A DNA stretch of 64,000 nt from positions 32,001 to 96,000 of the forward strand of contig CAVPSB010000049.1 of the NCBI GenBank assembly GCA_963708025.1, read 5' to 3'. Positions 28,852 to 38,500 of the stretch are shown here, one piece after another (within the stretch, counting starts at the first letter, position 1; each line of letters starts with the position of its first letter). The notes below the pieces were generated by a model. That model made no database searches. It saw nothing but the letters and a program-made list of their open reading frames with translations, and was not told the DNA's origin. Position numbers and translations under genes: made by a program. The DNA is from an uncultured Candidatus Rokubacteria bacterium. Lineage in GTDB: Bacteria > Methylomirabilota > Methylomirabilia > Rokubacteriales > DASRDR01.

Positions 28852-29484
28852 TCAGACCACCTCGGTGCCGTAGGTCGTCCCCGTCTCGAGCAGCCGGACC
28901 AGGCGAGCCGGGTGGCGGCCGTTCACGATCCAGCACGGCATCCGCGGCGGCAGCGTCCGCGCGAGGTGGCCGTCGACGACGCCCCGAAGCCTCCGGCGCC
29001 CGGCCCGCGGCACGAGCCGCCGGAGCTGGCCGAGCGCCAGGAAGCCGTCAACGTCCTTGACGAGGACGAAGCGACGGGCGCCCACGGCTCCGGCCACCCA
29101 GGCCCCGATGGAGTCCGAGGTCACCTTCCAGGAGCGCGGCAGCGGATCCTCCCGCAAGAGCCAGGACGACGGGGCGAGGACGTTCAGGCGACCCGCCCGG
29201 ACCTCGCGCCGCCCGCGCACGACCGCCGCCCGGCCGGCGAGGCGGGCCAGGACGTAGGCGTACTGGTCCATCGCCAGGATCGCCATCCAGTGAGCCGCCG
29301 CGTCGCCGAGGCCCAGGCGCCGGTCGGCGCGGCGAACCTGGTCGGCGAACTCGCCGCCGCCGGGCACCACCAGGAGGACGCGGGTCCGCGCCAGCCCGGC
29401 GAGGGCCCGCATCAGCCGCCGCAGCGCCGCCGGCCGCCGGCTCAGGCTTCCGCCGACCTTCAGCACCGCGTCAGGCGTGGCCAC
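28852..29484 (-). CDS. amino-acid-kinase-family protein (Orf21/MfnE-like)
   Basis: VLKVGGSL, VPGGGEFADQVR, AHWMAILAMDQ, LPRSWKVTSDSI, VKDVDG. Confidence 0.85.
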   Translation of the reverse strand: MATPDAVLKVGGSLSRRPAALRRLMRALAGLARTRVLLVVPGGGEFADQVRRADRRLGLGDAAAHWMAILAMDQYAYVLARLAGRAAVVRGRREVRAGRLNVLAPSSWLLREDPLPRSWKVTSDSIGAWVAGAVGARRFVLVKDVDGFLALGQLRRLVPRAGRRRLRGVVDGHLARTLPPRMPCWIVNGRHPARLVRLLETGTTYGTEVV

Positions 29485-30487
29485 GATCCAGGAGGAGCCA
29501 CGCGACCGCGACGGCCGGGGCGGCGCTGCCGACGTCCACCCCGAGCAGCCCCGAGAGATCGCAGGAAGGGAGCCCACGGGCGGCGGCCGCTCGGTGGGCC
29601 AGGAACGCGCCCTGCCCGGTGGCGATGACCCGGGCCAGCGGCGCGATGCACGGCGCCAAGCGCGACAGCGCCGCCGCGATCTCCCGGACCTGCGCGTCGG
29701 CCACCGCGGCGGCGATCGCCTCGATCTCCGCGCGGGTGAGCATCTCGACGTCGGCGCAGACGACCCGGGCCAGCCGCTCGGCGGCGAACTCGGGGGTGGC
29801 CGGACGGCCGTCGGGGGTCGGGCAGGTGTATTCCGCCGGCGCCAGGTCGCCGCGCAGGAGGTGGGCGTCCCCGCTGACGGCGAAGTACTCCGCGGCGACG
29901 GGACACTCACCGTCCCACAGGGGGACCCGGGACACGATGGCGGCGACGTTGGTGCGGAGCGCCCCCGTGTAGACGAGCTCCCCGGCCAGGAGCCGCTCGG
30001 GATCGGTGCGACCCCGCGCGGCGACGCGGCCGTCCCGGATCGGGATCAGGTCCGCCGTCGTGCTCCCGACGTCGACGAGGAGGCCGTCCTTCGCGTGGCG
30101 CGCGACGAGGGTCGCCGTCGCCATCCAGTTGGATGCCGCGACCTCGAGCGGGCGGGCGCGCGCCGCGTCCACGTCGAGGAAGCCGGCGGCCGTCGTGAAG
30201 ACGGAGACGCCGCCGGCCACGCGCGAGACGGCGTCCAGCACGACGCCCACCCCTTCGCGCTTGGTGCGGAAGGCGTCGGACAGCTCGGCGGTCATCGTGA
30301 CCGCCGTAGCGTCGGCGGGCCCGAGCTCGGCTCCCATCGCCCGGAGCAGTTCGGGCAGCGCGTCCTTCTCCCGCCAGATCTCGAAGGGACGGCTCAAGAC
30401 CCGCACGCGAGGGCCGCCCGGGCCGGTCTCCACCCGGGCGGCCTTGACGTTGGCGCCCCCGACGTCCCAGCCGACGACCGCGTCCAC
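29471..30487 (-). CDS. hydantoinase/oxoprolinase-family C1 protein (Orf9/MfnF-like)
   Basis: GWDVGGANVK, VTMTAELSDAF, AASNW, DVGSTTADLIP, ELVYTGALRT; GGAGG RBS. Confidence 0.85.
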   Translation of the reverse strand: MDAVVGWDVGGANVKAARVETGPGGPRVRVLSRPFEIWREKDALPELLRAMGAELGPADATAVTMTAELSDAFRTKREGVGVVLDAVSRVAGGVSVFTTAAGFLDVDAARARPLEVAASNWMATATLVARHAKDGLLVDVGSTTADLIPIRDGRVAARGRTDPERLLAGELVYTGALRTNVAAIVSRVPLWDGECPVAAEYFAVSGDAHLLRGDLAPAEYTCPTPDGRPATPEFAAERLARVVCADVEMLTRAEIEAIAAAVADAQVREIAAALSRLAPCIAPLARVIATGQGAFLAHRAAAARGLPSCDLSGLLGVDVGSAAPAVAVAWLLLDRGHA

Positions 30488-30510
30488 GGGCGCCGTGACC
30501 TCCGGACGCC

Positions 30511-30972
30511 CTACCGCATCGGCGCGGGTACCGCCGAGGAGTGATGGTCCACGATGAGCCAGCCCTTGTCCCCCTTCACGTAGACGAAGCTGTAGCGGGC
30601 CGGGATGGCCTTGGTCTCCCCGTCCTTCACGTACGAGAACGTGTAGTAGCCGCTGTTGATCGCGGTGGTGCCGTACACGCGAATCAGCTGCTCTCCGAAG
30701 CTGACCTTGTGCCCCGGCAGCGCCTTGAAGGCCGCCACGAAGTACTCCCGGAGCGCAACCGGTCCCTGGCGAATGGTCGGCGACAGCGTCCCCCACAAGA
30801 CGGCATCCGGGGCGTCGAGGCCGAGGATGGGGTCGGGGTCGTCGTCGACGAACAGCTCCGTCCACTTGGCAACGGCCGCCGCGACCTCCTCGCGGGCTTG
30901 CGCCCAGGCCACGTGGCCATGGGCGAGCACGAGCAGCGACAGAACCAGGACGACGAGCCGTGAGCTCTTCAT
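30511..30972 (-). CDS. exported NTF2/SnoaL-like protein
   Basis: Signal peptide; PDAVLWGTLS, AINSGYYTF, PARYSFVY, WLIVDHHSS; AGGAGG RBS. Confidence 0.75.
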   Translation of the reverse strand: MKSSRLVVLVLSLLVLAHGHVAWAQAREEVAAAVAKWTELFVDDDPDPILGLDAPDAVLWGTLSPTIRQGPVALREYFVAAFKALPGHKVSFGEQLIRVYGTTAINSGYYTFSYVKDGETKAIPARYSFVYVKGDKGWLIVDHHSSAVPAPMR

Positions 30973-31031
30973 GGGATCTCCTCCTGTGGCGCGTTGGGTG
31001 GTGCGGACCGCGTGGTACGATTGGGGCCGCG

Positions 31032-31760
31032 ATGCGGATCGTCCCCGTGCTCGACCTCAAGGGCGGCGTGGCCGTCCACGCCGTGCGGGGCCAGCGGGAC
31101 GCCTACGCGCCGGTCCGGAGCACGCTGGCAGCCTCGGCCGACCCGGTGGAGCTGGCGCGCGCGTTCCGGACCGCGCTCGGCGCCGACGCCTGCTACGTCG
31201 CCGACCTGGACGCCATCACCGGTCGCGGCGATCACGGCCCGGCGATCCGGGCCATCGCCGGGCTCGGCCTGACGGTGTGGCTCGATGCCGGCGTGGCGAC
31301 CGCCACCGACGCCGAGCGCGCGATCGGACAGGGCGCCGGCCGCGTGATCGTCGGGACGGAGACGCTGGCCGACGTGAAGGAGCTTCCCGCCATCGTCGCC
31401 GCTGCCCGTCGCGTTCACGCCGACGTCATCCTGAGCCTCGACCTCCAGGACGGCCGCCTGCTGGGACGGTCGCCGGCCGTCGCGAGTCTCGACCCCGTCG
31501 AGCTCGCATCCTTGGCCTGGGGGGCGGGCATCCGCGCCTTCATCGTGCTCGACCTGGCCCGGGTCGGCGCCGGCTCCGGTGTCGCGACGGGCGCCGCCGG
31601 CCGGCTGCGACAGGCGCTCCCCGACGCGGAGATCGCCGTCGGGGGCGGCGTCCGGAGCGCGAGCGACCTCCGCGAGCTGGACCGCGCCGGCTTCGACGCG
31701 GCGCTGGTGGCCACCGCGCTCCACACGGGCGCGATCACCGCCGACGACCTGTCTCGCTAG
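31032..31760 (+). CDS. HisA/HisF-related TIM-barrel protein (Orf17-like)
   Basis: IVPVLDLKGGVAVHA, YVADLDAI, VIVGTET, LDLARVG.G.G, VGGGVR, LVATALH. Confidence 0.85.
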   Translation: MRIVPVLDLKGGVAVHAVRGQRDAYAPVRSTLAASADPVELARAFRTALGADACYVADLDAITGRGDHGPAIRAIAGLGLTVWLDAGVATATDAERAIGQGAGRVIVGTETLADVKELPAIVAAARRVHADVILSLDLQDGRLLGRSPAVASLDPVELASLAWGAGIRAFIVLDLARVGAGSGVATGAAGRLRQALPDAEIAVGGGVRSASDLRELDRAGFDAALVATALHTGAITADDLSR

Positions 31761-31813
31761 CCCCAAGTCGAAGCAGGGCGCGTCACGCTTGGCGCGAGAC
31801 AAGCCGTGAAAAG

Positions 31814-31902
31814 CCTCCGAGCGGCGGCCCAAAGGCCGAAGGCCGTCCATCAGCCGCCGCAACGACGGGGGGGCATCGGGGGGGTCTTCCGAGACCCCCC
31901 CG
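31814..31902. repeat. intergenic repeat family B, copy 2
   Basis: Hairpin CGGGGGGGTCTTCCGAGACCCCCCCG plus the family-A module AGGCCGAAGGCCGTCC. Confidence 0.7.
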
Positions 31903-31938
31903 AATGATCTAGCCTGTCCCATCACCGACTGACCTTTC

Positions 31939-33408
31939 CTACCGGTCCTGGTGTTCCAGCCGGGCGGTCAGCCAGGCCGCCAGCGTCGTGCCAGCGCGGG
32001 GCCGGCCGTCCTGGATCTCGCCCCGGATCTCCCCGACCGTCCCGCCCCGCTCGGCGAAGACGTCGTGCTTGTGGATGGTCTCCATGTTGACCTGGCGCGC
32101 GTGGACGTACGCGTTGGCCGACAGGTCCGGGTACATCGCGACGACGTTGCCCAACATCTCCCGGACCGCGTCCTCGACGAAGCGGGGGTGCCGGTGGGCC
32201 TTCTCGACGACGAACAGCTCGTCGGGTCGCTTGAGCAGATCGTAAGTCTCCGAGCTCATCGAAGCCTCCACGATCTCCACCAGGTCCTCGGCCCGCACCG
32301 TCGCGTCGGTCCCCACCAGGAGCCGCCCGCGCCCCCGCTGGTTGTGCGTGGCCAGCGGAACCAGCTCCAGCACCCGGTCGGCCAGGCTCTTCTCGATGCC
32401 GCTCTCGATAAGGCGCTCGCGCGCGTGGGCCCGGACCATGTCCTGCGCGCACGGACACGCCATCATCCCCTCCGCCTCCACCCCCACCAGCCGGACGCAG
32501 CGGTCGGGGACGGCCGCGGCGATGCCGATCAGGGTGTACAGCTCCTGGGAGGGCTTCCCGGACAGGGGCGCCCGTCGCGTCAGGGGGAAGTGCGCCCGGA
32601 TCTCCACGTCCACCCGGCGCGCCCGGTGTCCGAGCACGAGCTGGCGCGCGATGCGCTCGGCCAGCGACTCGACGACCGGGGACTCGAGCCCGCCGATCTC
32701 CTCGAGAACCTCCTCCACGGTGTCACTGAATCGCGACATGTGGGCGCCTTTCTGGGCGGCGGGCAGCTCCACCGACAGGTCCAGGGTCGCGTGGAAGAGG
32801 GTGCCGCCGTCGGTCAGGCGGATCACCCGGTGAAGACCGGTGACGCCGACGCGGTCGAGGCGGAGCGACGCCAGGGGCTGCTCCTGCTGCACGTCCCGCT
32901 CCAGGCGGGCGGTGAGCCCGCGCTCCACCCGCACGACGCCGTTGTTCCCCCGGAGGTCGGCCAGCAGCTCGGCCACCGTCCGGCCCAGCCCCGGGTGGAC
33001 GAGGTCGGGCGCGATGTCGTTCAGCGGGACCAGGACGAACCCGCGCTCGGCGATCAGCGGGTGCGGGATCCGGAGCGACTCGGACTTGATGACCTGGCTG
33101 TCGTAGAACAGGATGTCGAGGTCGATCAGCCGGGGGCCGTAGCGCTCGGTCTGGTGTCGGCCCATGCGCTGCTCGATGCGCTTGAGGACGGTCAGCAGCT
33201 CGTCGGGCGCCAGGGCCGTGACGCCCTTCAGCGCCATGTTCAGGAACCGGGGCTGGTCGGTCACGTAGGCCGGCTCGGTCTCGTAGACCGGCGACAGGCG
33301 CTCCACGTGCACGTGCGCGCGCAGGCTCTGGATCGCCTCGACCAGGTTGGCCTGGCGATCCCCCAGGTTCGAGCCGAGCCCGAAGTAGACGATGTGCTGG
33401 CTGGCCAT
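31939..33408 (-). CDS. fusion of FolK (HPPK) and MptA/FolE2-type GTP cyclohydrolase
   Basis: N-terminal GLGSNLGDR, YETEP, GPRLIDLDIL, PHP..ERGFVL; C-terminal RVGVT, KGAHMSRF, GMMACPCAQ, THNQR, LKRPDE, PRFVED, ETIH. Confidence 0.88.
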   Translation of the reverse strand: MASQHIVYFGLGSNLGDRQANLVEAIQSLRAHVHVERLSPVYETEPAYVTDQPRFLNMALKGVTALAPDELLTVLKRIEQRMGRHQTERYGPRLIDLDILFYDSQVIKSESLRIPHPLIAERGFVLVPLNDIAPDLVHPGLGRTVAELLADLRGNNGVVRVERGLTARLERDVQQEQPLASLRLDRVGVTGLHRVIRLTDGGTLFHATLDLSVELPAAQKGAHMSRFSDTVEEVLEEIGGLESPVVESLAERIARQLVLGHRARRVDVEIRAHFPLTRRAPLSGKPSQELYTLIGIAAAVPDRCVRLVGVEAEGMMACPCAQDMVRAHARERLIESGIEKSLADRVLELVPLATHNQRGRGRLLVGTDATVRAEDLVEIVEASMSSETYDLLKRPDELFVVEKAHRHPRFVEDAVREMLGNVVAMYPDLSANAYVHARQVNMETIHKHDVFAERGGTVGEIRGEIQDGRPRAGTTLAAWLTARLEHQDR

Positions 33409-33422
33409 CGTGCGCTCCCCGA

Positions 33423-33908
33423 TCAACCAGCGTCCCGGTAGAAGGCTCGCTGCCCGAACGACTCCTCCACCTCCACCTCCAGCGCCGTCATGCCGGCGGG
33501 CAGCCTCTCCCCGAGGTGTTCGCGCAGCTCCCGGGCGATCCACCGCGCCAGCATCTCGGCGGTGGTGTTGGGGACCGGGAGCAGGACGACGTCGCTGGCC
33601 GGGAACACGTACCGCCGATCCTTGTACGTCGCCTGCACGTGGTCGCCCTGCCGCTCGATCCGGATCAGCCGGCTCTCCGCGGGCAGCAGCATCTTGTGGT
33701 CGAGTCGGTCCACCACCGCCCGAAGCGCCCGCTTGAGCCGGGTGAAGTCGAAGACGTACGCGTTCTCGTCGAGCGTGCCCTCGACCCCGGCGGCGGCGCG
33801 GTAATTGTGGCCGTGGAGCGACTCGCACTCGTGGCCGTCGTAGGTGATGAAGTGCCCGGCGCAGAAGACCGTGTAGTCCTTCTCGACCCGGACGCGATAG
33901 CCGCTCAC
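33423..33908 (-). CDS. 6-pyruvoyl-tetrahydropterin synthase family protein (PTPS-I/III-type motif)
   Basis: FCAGHF, CESLHGHNY, LDHKMLLP, NTTAE; GTGA overlap. Confidence 0.85.
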   Translation of the reverse strand: MSGYRVRVEKDYTVFCAGHFITYDGHECESLHGHNYRAAAGVEGTLDENAYVFDFTRLKRALRAVVDRLDHKMLLPAESRLIRIERQGDHVQATYKDRRYVFPASDVVLLPVPNTTAEMLARWIARELREHLGERLPAGMTALEVEVEESFGQRAFYRDAG

Positions 33909-34816
33909 GCCCGCACCCCCGCCAGGCCGGAGAGCAGCCAGACGAACAGCGCCGCCGTCACCAGGTCGGCCGAGGCGCCGGGGTTGAGGCGGTTGCCGTC
34001 CCGTCGGAGGTCCCGATCGAGCCGGCGGGCGGCGGCCTGTCCCCGCGCCGTGTGGAGGCCCCCGGCCCGCAGCACGGCCCGCGCCCGGGTCGCGACGGCG
34101 GCCGCCGCCTCCGACCCGGCCTTGCGCGCGATCAGGCTGTCGGGGGCGCGAGCGAGCACCTCCAGGTGGGCCTGGCCGATCGCGTCGAGCACCGAGAGCC
34201 GGCGTCGCACCGCCCGCCGCAGCGCCGGCAGGGCCACGCCGAAGGTGACCGCGAAGTCGCGCGTATACTCCGCGGCGATCACGTCCCGGTGAGCCGCGAG
34301 CCCCATCGCCTCGCGCAGCGTGACGGCCGGGGGATGCCGGACGTCGGCCACGCGGCTCCGTCCCAGCCCTCCGGGCCCGGCCCGCCGGATCGCCGCGTAG
34401 GCCCACCGCGCGTCGGCGACGCTCAGGCCCCGCAAGAGCCGCCCCAGGCGGCGACGCAGGCCGCCCGGCCCGGGGGACCGCCACGCCGCGGCGATCGGCG
34501 CCAGGAGGAGCGCGACGCCGAGGTTGGTGTTGGTGCCGGTCACCCGCCGGGTGGCCGCCACCGCCCGGTACACGGCCCGCCCGACCCGGCCCGGGCCGGC
34601 GGCGGCGACGGCCGGCCCGATGGCCAGGGCGCTCAGCGCGAAGTCCTCGAACGCCGCGTCGGCGAACCGCCGGGTGGGCGTCACGTTGCCGACCTTCTCG
34701 GCGCTGACCTCCAGGAGGCAGGCCAGGGTCGCGGCCAGCCCGATCGCGGCGTCCGGGCCCCGCCCGGGCCTTCGACGCCTCCGCGGACCGCCCGCCTCAC
34801 GGCCGGAGCGCCTCAT
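33905..34816 (-). CDS. CitG-like triphosphoribosyl-dephospho-CoA synthase family protein (Orf7-like)
   Basis: LLEVSAEKVGNV, NTNLG..LL.P, PDSLIARKAG, NPGASADL. Confidence 0.85.
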   Translation of the reverse strand: MRRSGREAGGPRRRRRPGRGPDAAIGLAATLACLLEVSAEKVGNVTPTRRFADAAFEDFALSALAIGPAVAAAGPGRVGRAVYRAVAATRRVTGTNTNLGVALLLAPIAAAWRSPGPGGLRRRLGRLLRGLSVADARWAYAAIRRAGPGGLGRSRVADVRHPPAVTLREAMGLAAHRDVIAAEYTRDFAVTFGVALPALRRAVRRRLSVLDAIGQAHLEVLARAPDSLIARKAGSEAAAAVATRARAVLRAGGLHTARGQAAARRLDRDLRRDGNRLNPGASADLVTAALFVWLLSGLAGVRA

Positions 34817-35696
34817 CGCTCGCCCGCCTGGTGGCGGCCACCGCGTGGTCGGCGATGACCCCGGCGACGTCGATCGGGGTCGTGCGCTGGAGCCCGTGCC
34901 ATCCCGGGATCCCGTTGACCTCGATCACGAACGGGCGGCCATCCTCGGTCCGCAGGAGGTCGACGCCCGCGTAGTCGGCCTCGAGAAGCCTCGCCGCCCG
35001 GCGGCTCAACGCGGCCAGCGCGGCGGGCAGCTCCAGCGGCTCGACACGGGCGCCCTGGGCCACGTTCGTCTTCCACCCCGGGCCCCGCCGGACCATCGCC
35101 GCGACCACCCGCCCCCCCACCAGGAAGGCGCGGATGTCCTCGCCCCCGTGGGGGACGAACTCCTGGAGGTAGAAGACCGAGCGGGTCAGCTCCAGGGCGC
35201 GGAAGGTCCGGTAGGCGAGATCGACGTCCGAGACCCGGACCATCCCCCGGCCCTCGGAGCCGAAGAGCGGCTTCACCACCACGTCCCGTCCCAGGTCGTC
35301 GAAGGCCGCCAGGGCGTCGTCGAAGCGCTCGCACACCCGCGTCCGCGGCGTCGGGACGCCAGCGTCCTCGAGGAGCGTCGAGGTGAAGTACTTGTCGACG
35401 CTCCGCTCGATGCAGCGCGCCGAGTTGATCACGGGGACGCCGAGGCGCGCCAGCCGGTGCAGCGCGTCCACTCGGAAGATCACCTGCTCGAGCGAGCCGC
35501 CGGGGATGGCCCGGACGATCACCGCGGCGCACTCGTCGAGGGCGAGCCCGCCGGCCGACAGCCGGGGCCGCTCGCCCAGCCGGGCGGCCAGGGCTGTCAC
35601 CGGCACGACCACCGGCTCGACGCCCCGCGCGAGGAGGGCGGCCTCCAGCCGGCCTTCGTGCCAGCCGGGCCGGGACCCGAGAATGGCGATCTTCAT
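34797..35696 (-). CDS. RimK-family alpha-L-glutamate ligase (Orf5-like; cofactor glutamylation)
   Basis: GSLEQVIFRVDAL, VDKY, VVKPLFGSEGRG, WKTNVAQG, EVNGIPGW; ATGA overlap with mch. Confidence 0.88.
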   Translation of the reverse strand: MKIAILGSRPGWHEGRLEAALLARGVEPVVVPVTALAARLGERPRLSAGGLALDECAAVIVRAIPGGSLEQVIFRVDALHRLARLGVPVINSARCIERSVDKYFTSTLLEDAGVPTPRTRVCERFDDALAAFDDLGRDVVVKPLFGSEGRGMVRVSDVDLAYRTFRALELTRSVFYLQEFVPHGGEDIRAFLVGGRVVAAMVRRGPGWKTNVAQGARVEPLELPAALAALSRRAARLLEADYAGVDLLRTEDGRPFVIEVNGIPGWHGLQRTTPIDVAGVIADHAVAATRRASDEALRP

Positions 35697-36649
35697 CCCA
35701 CACCCAGGGACGCTCGCAGCACGTCGGCGTTGAGACGACCGGCCCGGGCGACCCGGCCGGTCGTGAGGTTGTTGAGCGTGACCTCGGCGGGGCTGAAGAG
35801 CCCGCGGTCGATCTTGTAGAACTGGTTGTCGTAGCGCTTGAAGATCTCGTAGAAGGGCGTCCCGTAGTCGGCCGACGAGGACGCGGGCAGCTGCTCGACG
35901 AGGGCGGCCAGCGCCGCGTCGTCGGCCCGGAGGGTGAAGTAGGCCCGGGTGCCGTAAAGGATGCAGTCGTTGGTCCACCCGATCGCGCGCAGGTCGTTCT
36001 TGGCGACCGGGGCCAGCGGACAGATGCCGAGCCCGCTCCGAACCTGGTGGACGTCGAACGCCAGCTCGACCATCTTGTGGAGCCCGGTCTCGACCGAGCG
36101 CGCCGCGACCTGGACGCAGCCGGCCACGCTCGCGGTCGGGGCGATGAGGAGCGTCAGCCGGGCCGGATCCAGCCGGCACCGCTCGGCGACGTGGGCGGCC
36201 ACGGCCTCGCCGGGCAGGGTCCGACCCTCCAGCACGAGCGCCGCGCTGTCGGAGGCCTCGGCGTAGTCGATCTTGCCGAACAGCTCGCGCTCGACCCGGG
36301 CCAGCGCCCGGGCCGGCCCCGAGCCCATCGCGAAGTACCCCGGGGGATCGATCGCCCAGCCGGCGTACTGGGACGCCAGGCACGCCGCCACCGGGTGGTC
36401 GGTCTCGACCTGAACGGCCGGCAGCCACAGGTCGCCGACCTCGGCCGTGGTGAACGAGACCGCGCCCAGGCCGCCGAGGCAGACCTCGGCCAGCCGCCGT
36501 CCCGCCTCCAGCCCGCCCTCCGCCTCGACACCGCAGTCGATGACGCGCGCCCCGTTGCCGAGGCGCGTGACCCGGATCCGGAGGCGCTCCGCCTCGGCCG
36601 CCATCGCGTCGGCCAGGCCCAGGGCGCGGCGGTTCAAGGCGAGGTCCAT
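35693..36649 (-). CDS. mch: methenyl-H4MPT cyclohydrolase
   Basis: ACLASQYAGW, MGSGPARAL, APTASVAG.VQV.ARS.E..LHK, TNDCILYG, FYKID..LFSPA. Confidence 0.95.
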   Translation of the reverse strand: MDLALNRRALGLADAMAAEAERLRIRVTRLGNGARVIDCGVEAEGGLEAGRRLAEVCLGGLGAVSFTTAEVGDLWLPAVQVETDHPVAACLASQYAGWAIDPPGYFAMGSGPARALARVERELFGKIDYAEASDSAALVLEGRTLPGEAVAAHVAERCRLDPARLTLLIAPTASVAGCVQVAARSVETGLHKMVELAFDVHQVRSGLGICPLAPVAKNDLRAIGWTNDCILYGTRAYFTLRADDAALAALVEQLPASSSADYGTPFYEIFKRYDNQFYKIDRGLFSPAEVTLNNLTTGRVARAGRLNADVLRASLGVG

Positions 36650-36704
36650 ACCAGGATCTCCGGGGCCGCCCTGGTCCCGCTGCTCGGGGGCCACACGAAG
36701 CACC

Positions 36705-37523
36705 TCAACCCGACGTCCATACAAGGATCTCCCCCTTCCCCAGCTCCGTGAAGTCGCCCGAGTAGCGGCGATACCGCCCGGCGCCGCCGTCGGGCACGTC
36801 GAGACCCCGTCCGCGGAGCTCTCGGACGTACAGCGGCAGCCACGGCGGCCGGTACTCGCAGTCGAACTTGAACGTCGGCAGGAGGGCGATCGGACCCTCC
36901 CCCCGCTGGTAGGCCACGATCGTACCCCGCTTCATCCCGGCACCCGCCCGGATGCCGAGCCGGCCGAGCACGAAAAGGCTGCCGGCCAGCATCGACACGC
37001 CCGCGAAGTCGCCGGCGTCCCCGCCGACGGCGATGAGGCCGCGCCGCATCGCGCACCCGGCCTCGTTGCCGGCGGAGCCCCGGACCAGGATCGTCCCCCC
37101 GCGCATTCCCTTCGGACTGCCTCGGTACGCCGCGCCCAGCAGGTGGCCGGCCCATCCGCCCACCACGATCGTGCCGCCGCGCATCTCGGCGCCGGTCCAG
37201 TCCCCGGCATTTCCGTGGACCTCGATCTCCCCGCCCCGCATCTCGGCGCCCAGGTGCATGCCGGCATCGCCCCGCACCTCGAGCCGGCCCCGGGTCATGC
37301 CCTTGCCGAGGTACTTGACTCGCGAGCAGTCTCCCTCGAGCCGGATCGTCTCGTCGACGTCCCCCCGAACCGTGAAGAAGTCCCCGAGCGTCGCAGCCAC
37401 GTTGCCGTGGAAGACGGGCAGCCGCTCGACCTCGGCCCGGGTGCGGCCGGCGAAGGTGTCGGGAGTGATCGACTCCGCCTCCAGGGGCACGGTCAGCGTC
37501 GCGGTCGGGGTCAGCGTGATCAC
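36705..37523 (-). CDS. fhcC: formylmethanofuran dehydrogenase/Fhc subunit C
   Basis: Beta-helix repeats G.EMRGG.I.V.G.AG; YRGSPKGMRGG; GD..ELGKGEI. Confidence 0.92.
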   Translation of the reverse strand: MITLTPTATLTVPLEAESITPDTFAGRTRAEVERLPVFHGNVAATLGDFFTVRGDVDETIRLEGDCSRVKYLGKGMTRGRLEVRGDAGMHLGAEMRGGEIEVHGNAGDWTGAEMRGGTIVVGGWAGHLLGAAYRGSPKGMRGGTILVRGSAGNEAGCAMRRGLIAVGGDAGDFAGVSMLAGSLFVLGRLGIRAGAGMKRGTIVAYQRGEGPIALLPTFKFDCEYRPPWLPLYVRELRGRGLDVPDGGAGRYRRYSGDFTELGKGEILVWTSG

Positions 37524-38500
37524 GCCCAGACCTGGCAGTCAGCGCCGCGATTGCGGGCCGGCGTGCAAGAAACGACGGCGTCGTCCCCGAGGAGCGCTCC
37601 CAGCTCCTCGGCGAGACCCGCGGCCGCCGACTCTCCCCGCACCAGCGCGAACACCGTCGGCCCCCACGAGCTCTGCCCCACGCCCGCCGCCCCCCGCTTC
37701 AGCGCCAGCTCGGCGGCGCGCTTCCCGGTGGGGCTCGCGTAGACGCCGCCCTGGTACGGGGCGAAGTGCTCCCCGACCAGGAGCTGGATCTCGGTGATCG
37801 CCTCCCCGAACCCCAACACGTCGTCGGTCATCACGGCCGGCGCCACCCTCATCAGGGTCAGCCGGCAGATCCGGCCCACCGCATCCCCACTCATCGGGGG
37901 GAGCGTCCGGAACACCCGCTCCTCCGGCGATCCACTCAGCCCCTGAGCCTCGAGCGGCGTCGCGAGAACGAAGCGCCAGTCGTCGGGAATCGGATGCCGG
38001 AAGATCACCGGCGGCAGCGCCTCGTCCGGCGGCGGCTCGGTCCCGGGTGTCCCGCGCGGGCCGCTCGGCTGGCCGGCGTCCACGGCAAACCCGCCGTGCT
38101 CGAACAGCGCGATCCCGACTCCCGACCGCCGCCCCCGCCCGGCGAGCAAGGCCAGCTCCCGGACGGACAGGGGCCGGCCGAGGACCCGGGACGCCGCCAG
38201 GCCCACGGCCAGGCGGAGCTGGGTTCCCGAGCCCAGACCCGCGTGGCGCGGTATCGTCTCGAGGACCCGGACGGTGACAGCCCCCGCCGCCGGGAGGTCG
38301 CGGCCCAGCTCCGCGAGCAGGGCGCGGGCCTCGTCCGGCGGCGCGCCCGGCGCCTCCGCGGCGGCCGCCGGTCGCGCCTCGACCACGGTCCGCGGTCGCT
38401 CGATGGCCACGCCGAGGGAGCCGAACAGCCTCCCGCAATCGCCGTTGAGGTCGATGAACCCCAGGTGCAGCCGTGCCCCCGTCCCGACGACGACCCTCAT
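37520..38500 (-). CDS. mptG: beta-ribofuranosylaminobenzene 5'-phosphate synthase
   Basis: ARLHLGFIDL, HAGLGSGTQ, GRGRRSGVG..F..GGF.VDAG, GQSSWGPT. Confidence 0.9.
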   Translation of the reverse strand: MRVVVGTGARLHLGFIDLNGDCGRLFGSLGVAIERPRTVVEARPAAAAEAPGAPPDEARALLAELGRDLPAAGAVTVRVLETIPRHAGLGSGTQLRLAVGLAASRVLGRPLSVRELALLAGRGRRSGVGIALFEHGGFAVDAGQPSGPRGTPGTEPPPDEALPPVIFRHPIPDDWRFVLATPLEAQGLSGSPEERVFRTLPPMSGDAVGRICRLTLMRVAPAVMTDDVLGFGEAITEIQLLVGEHFAPYQGGVYASPTGKRAAELALKRGAAGVGQSSWGPTVFALVRGESAAAGLAEELGALLGDDAVVSCTPARNRGADCQVWA

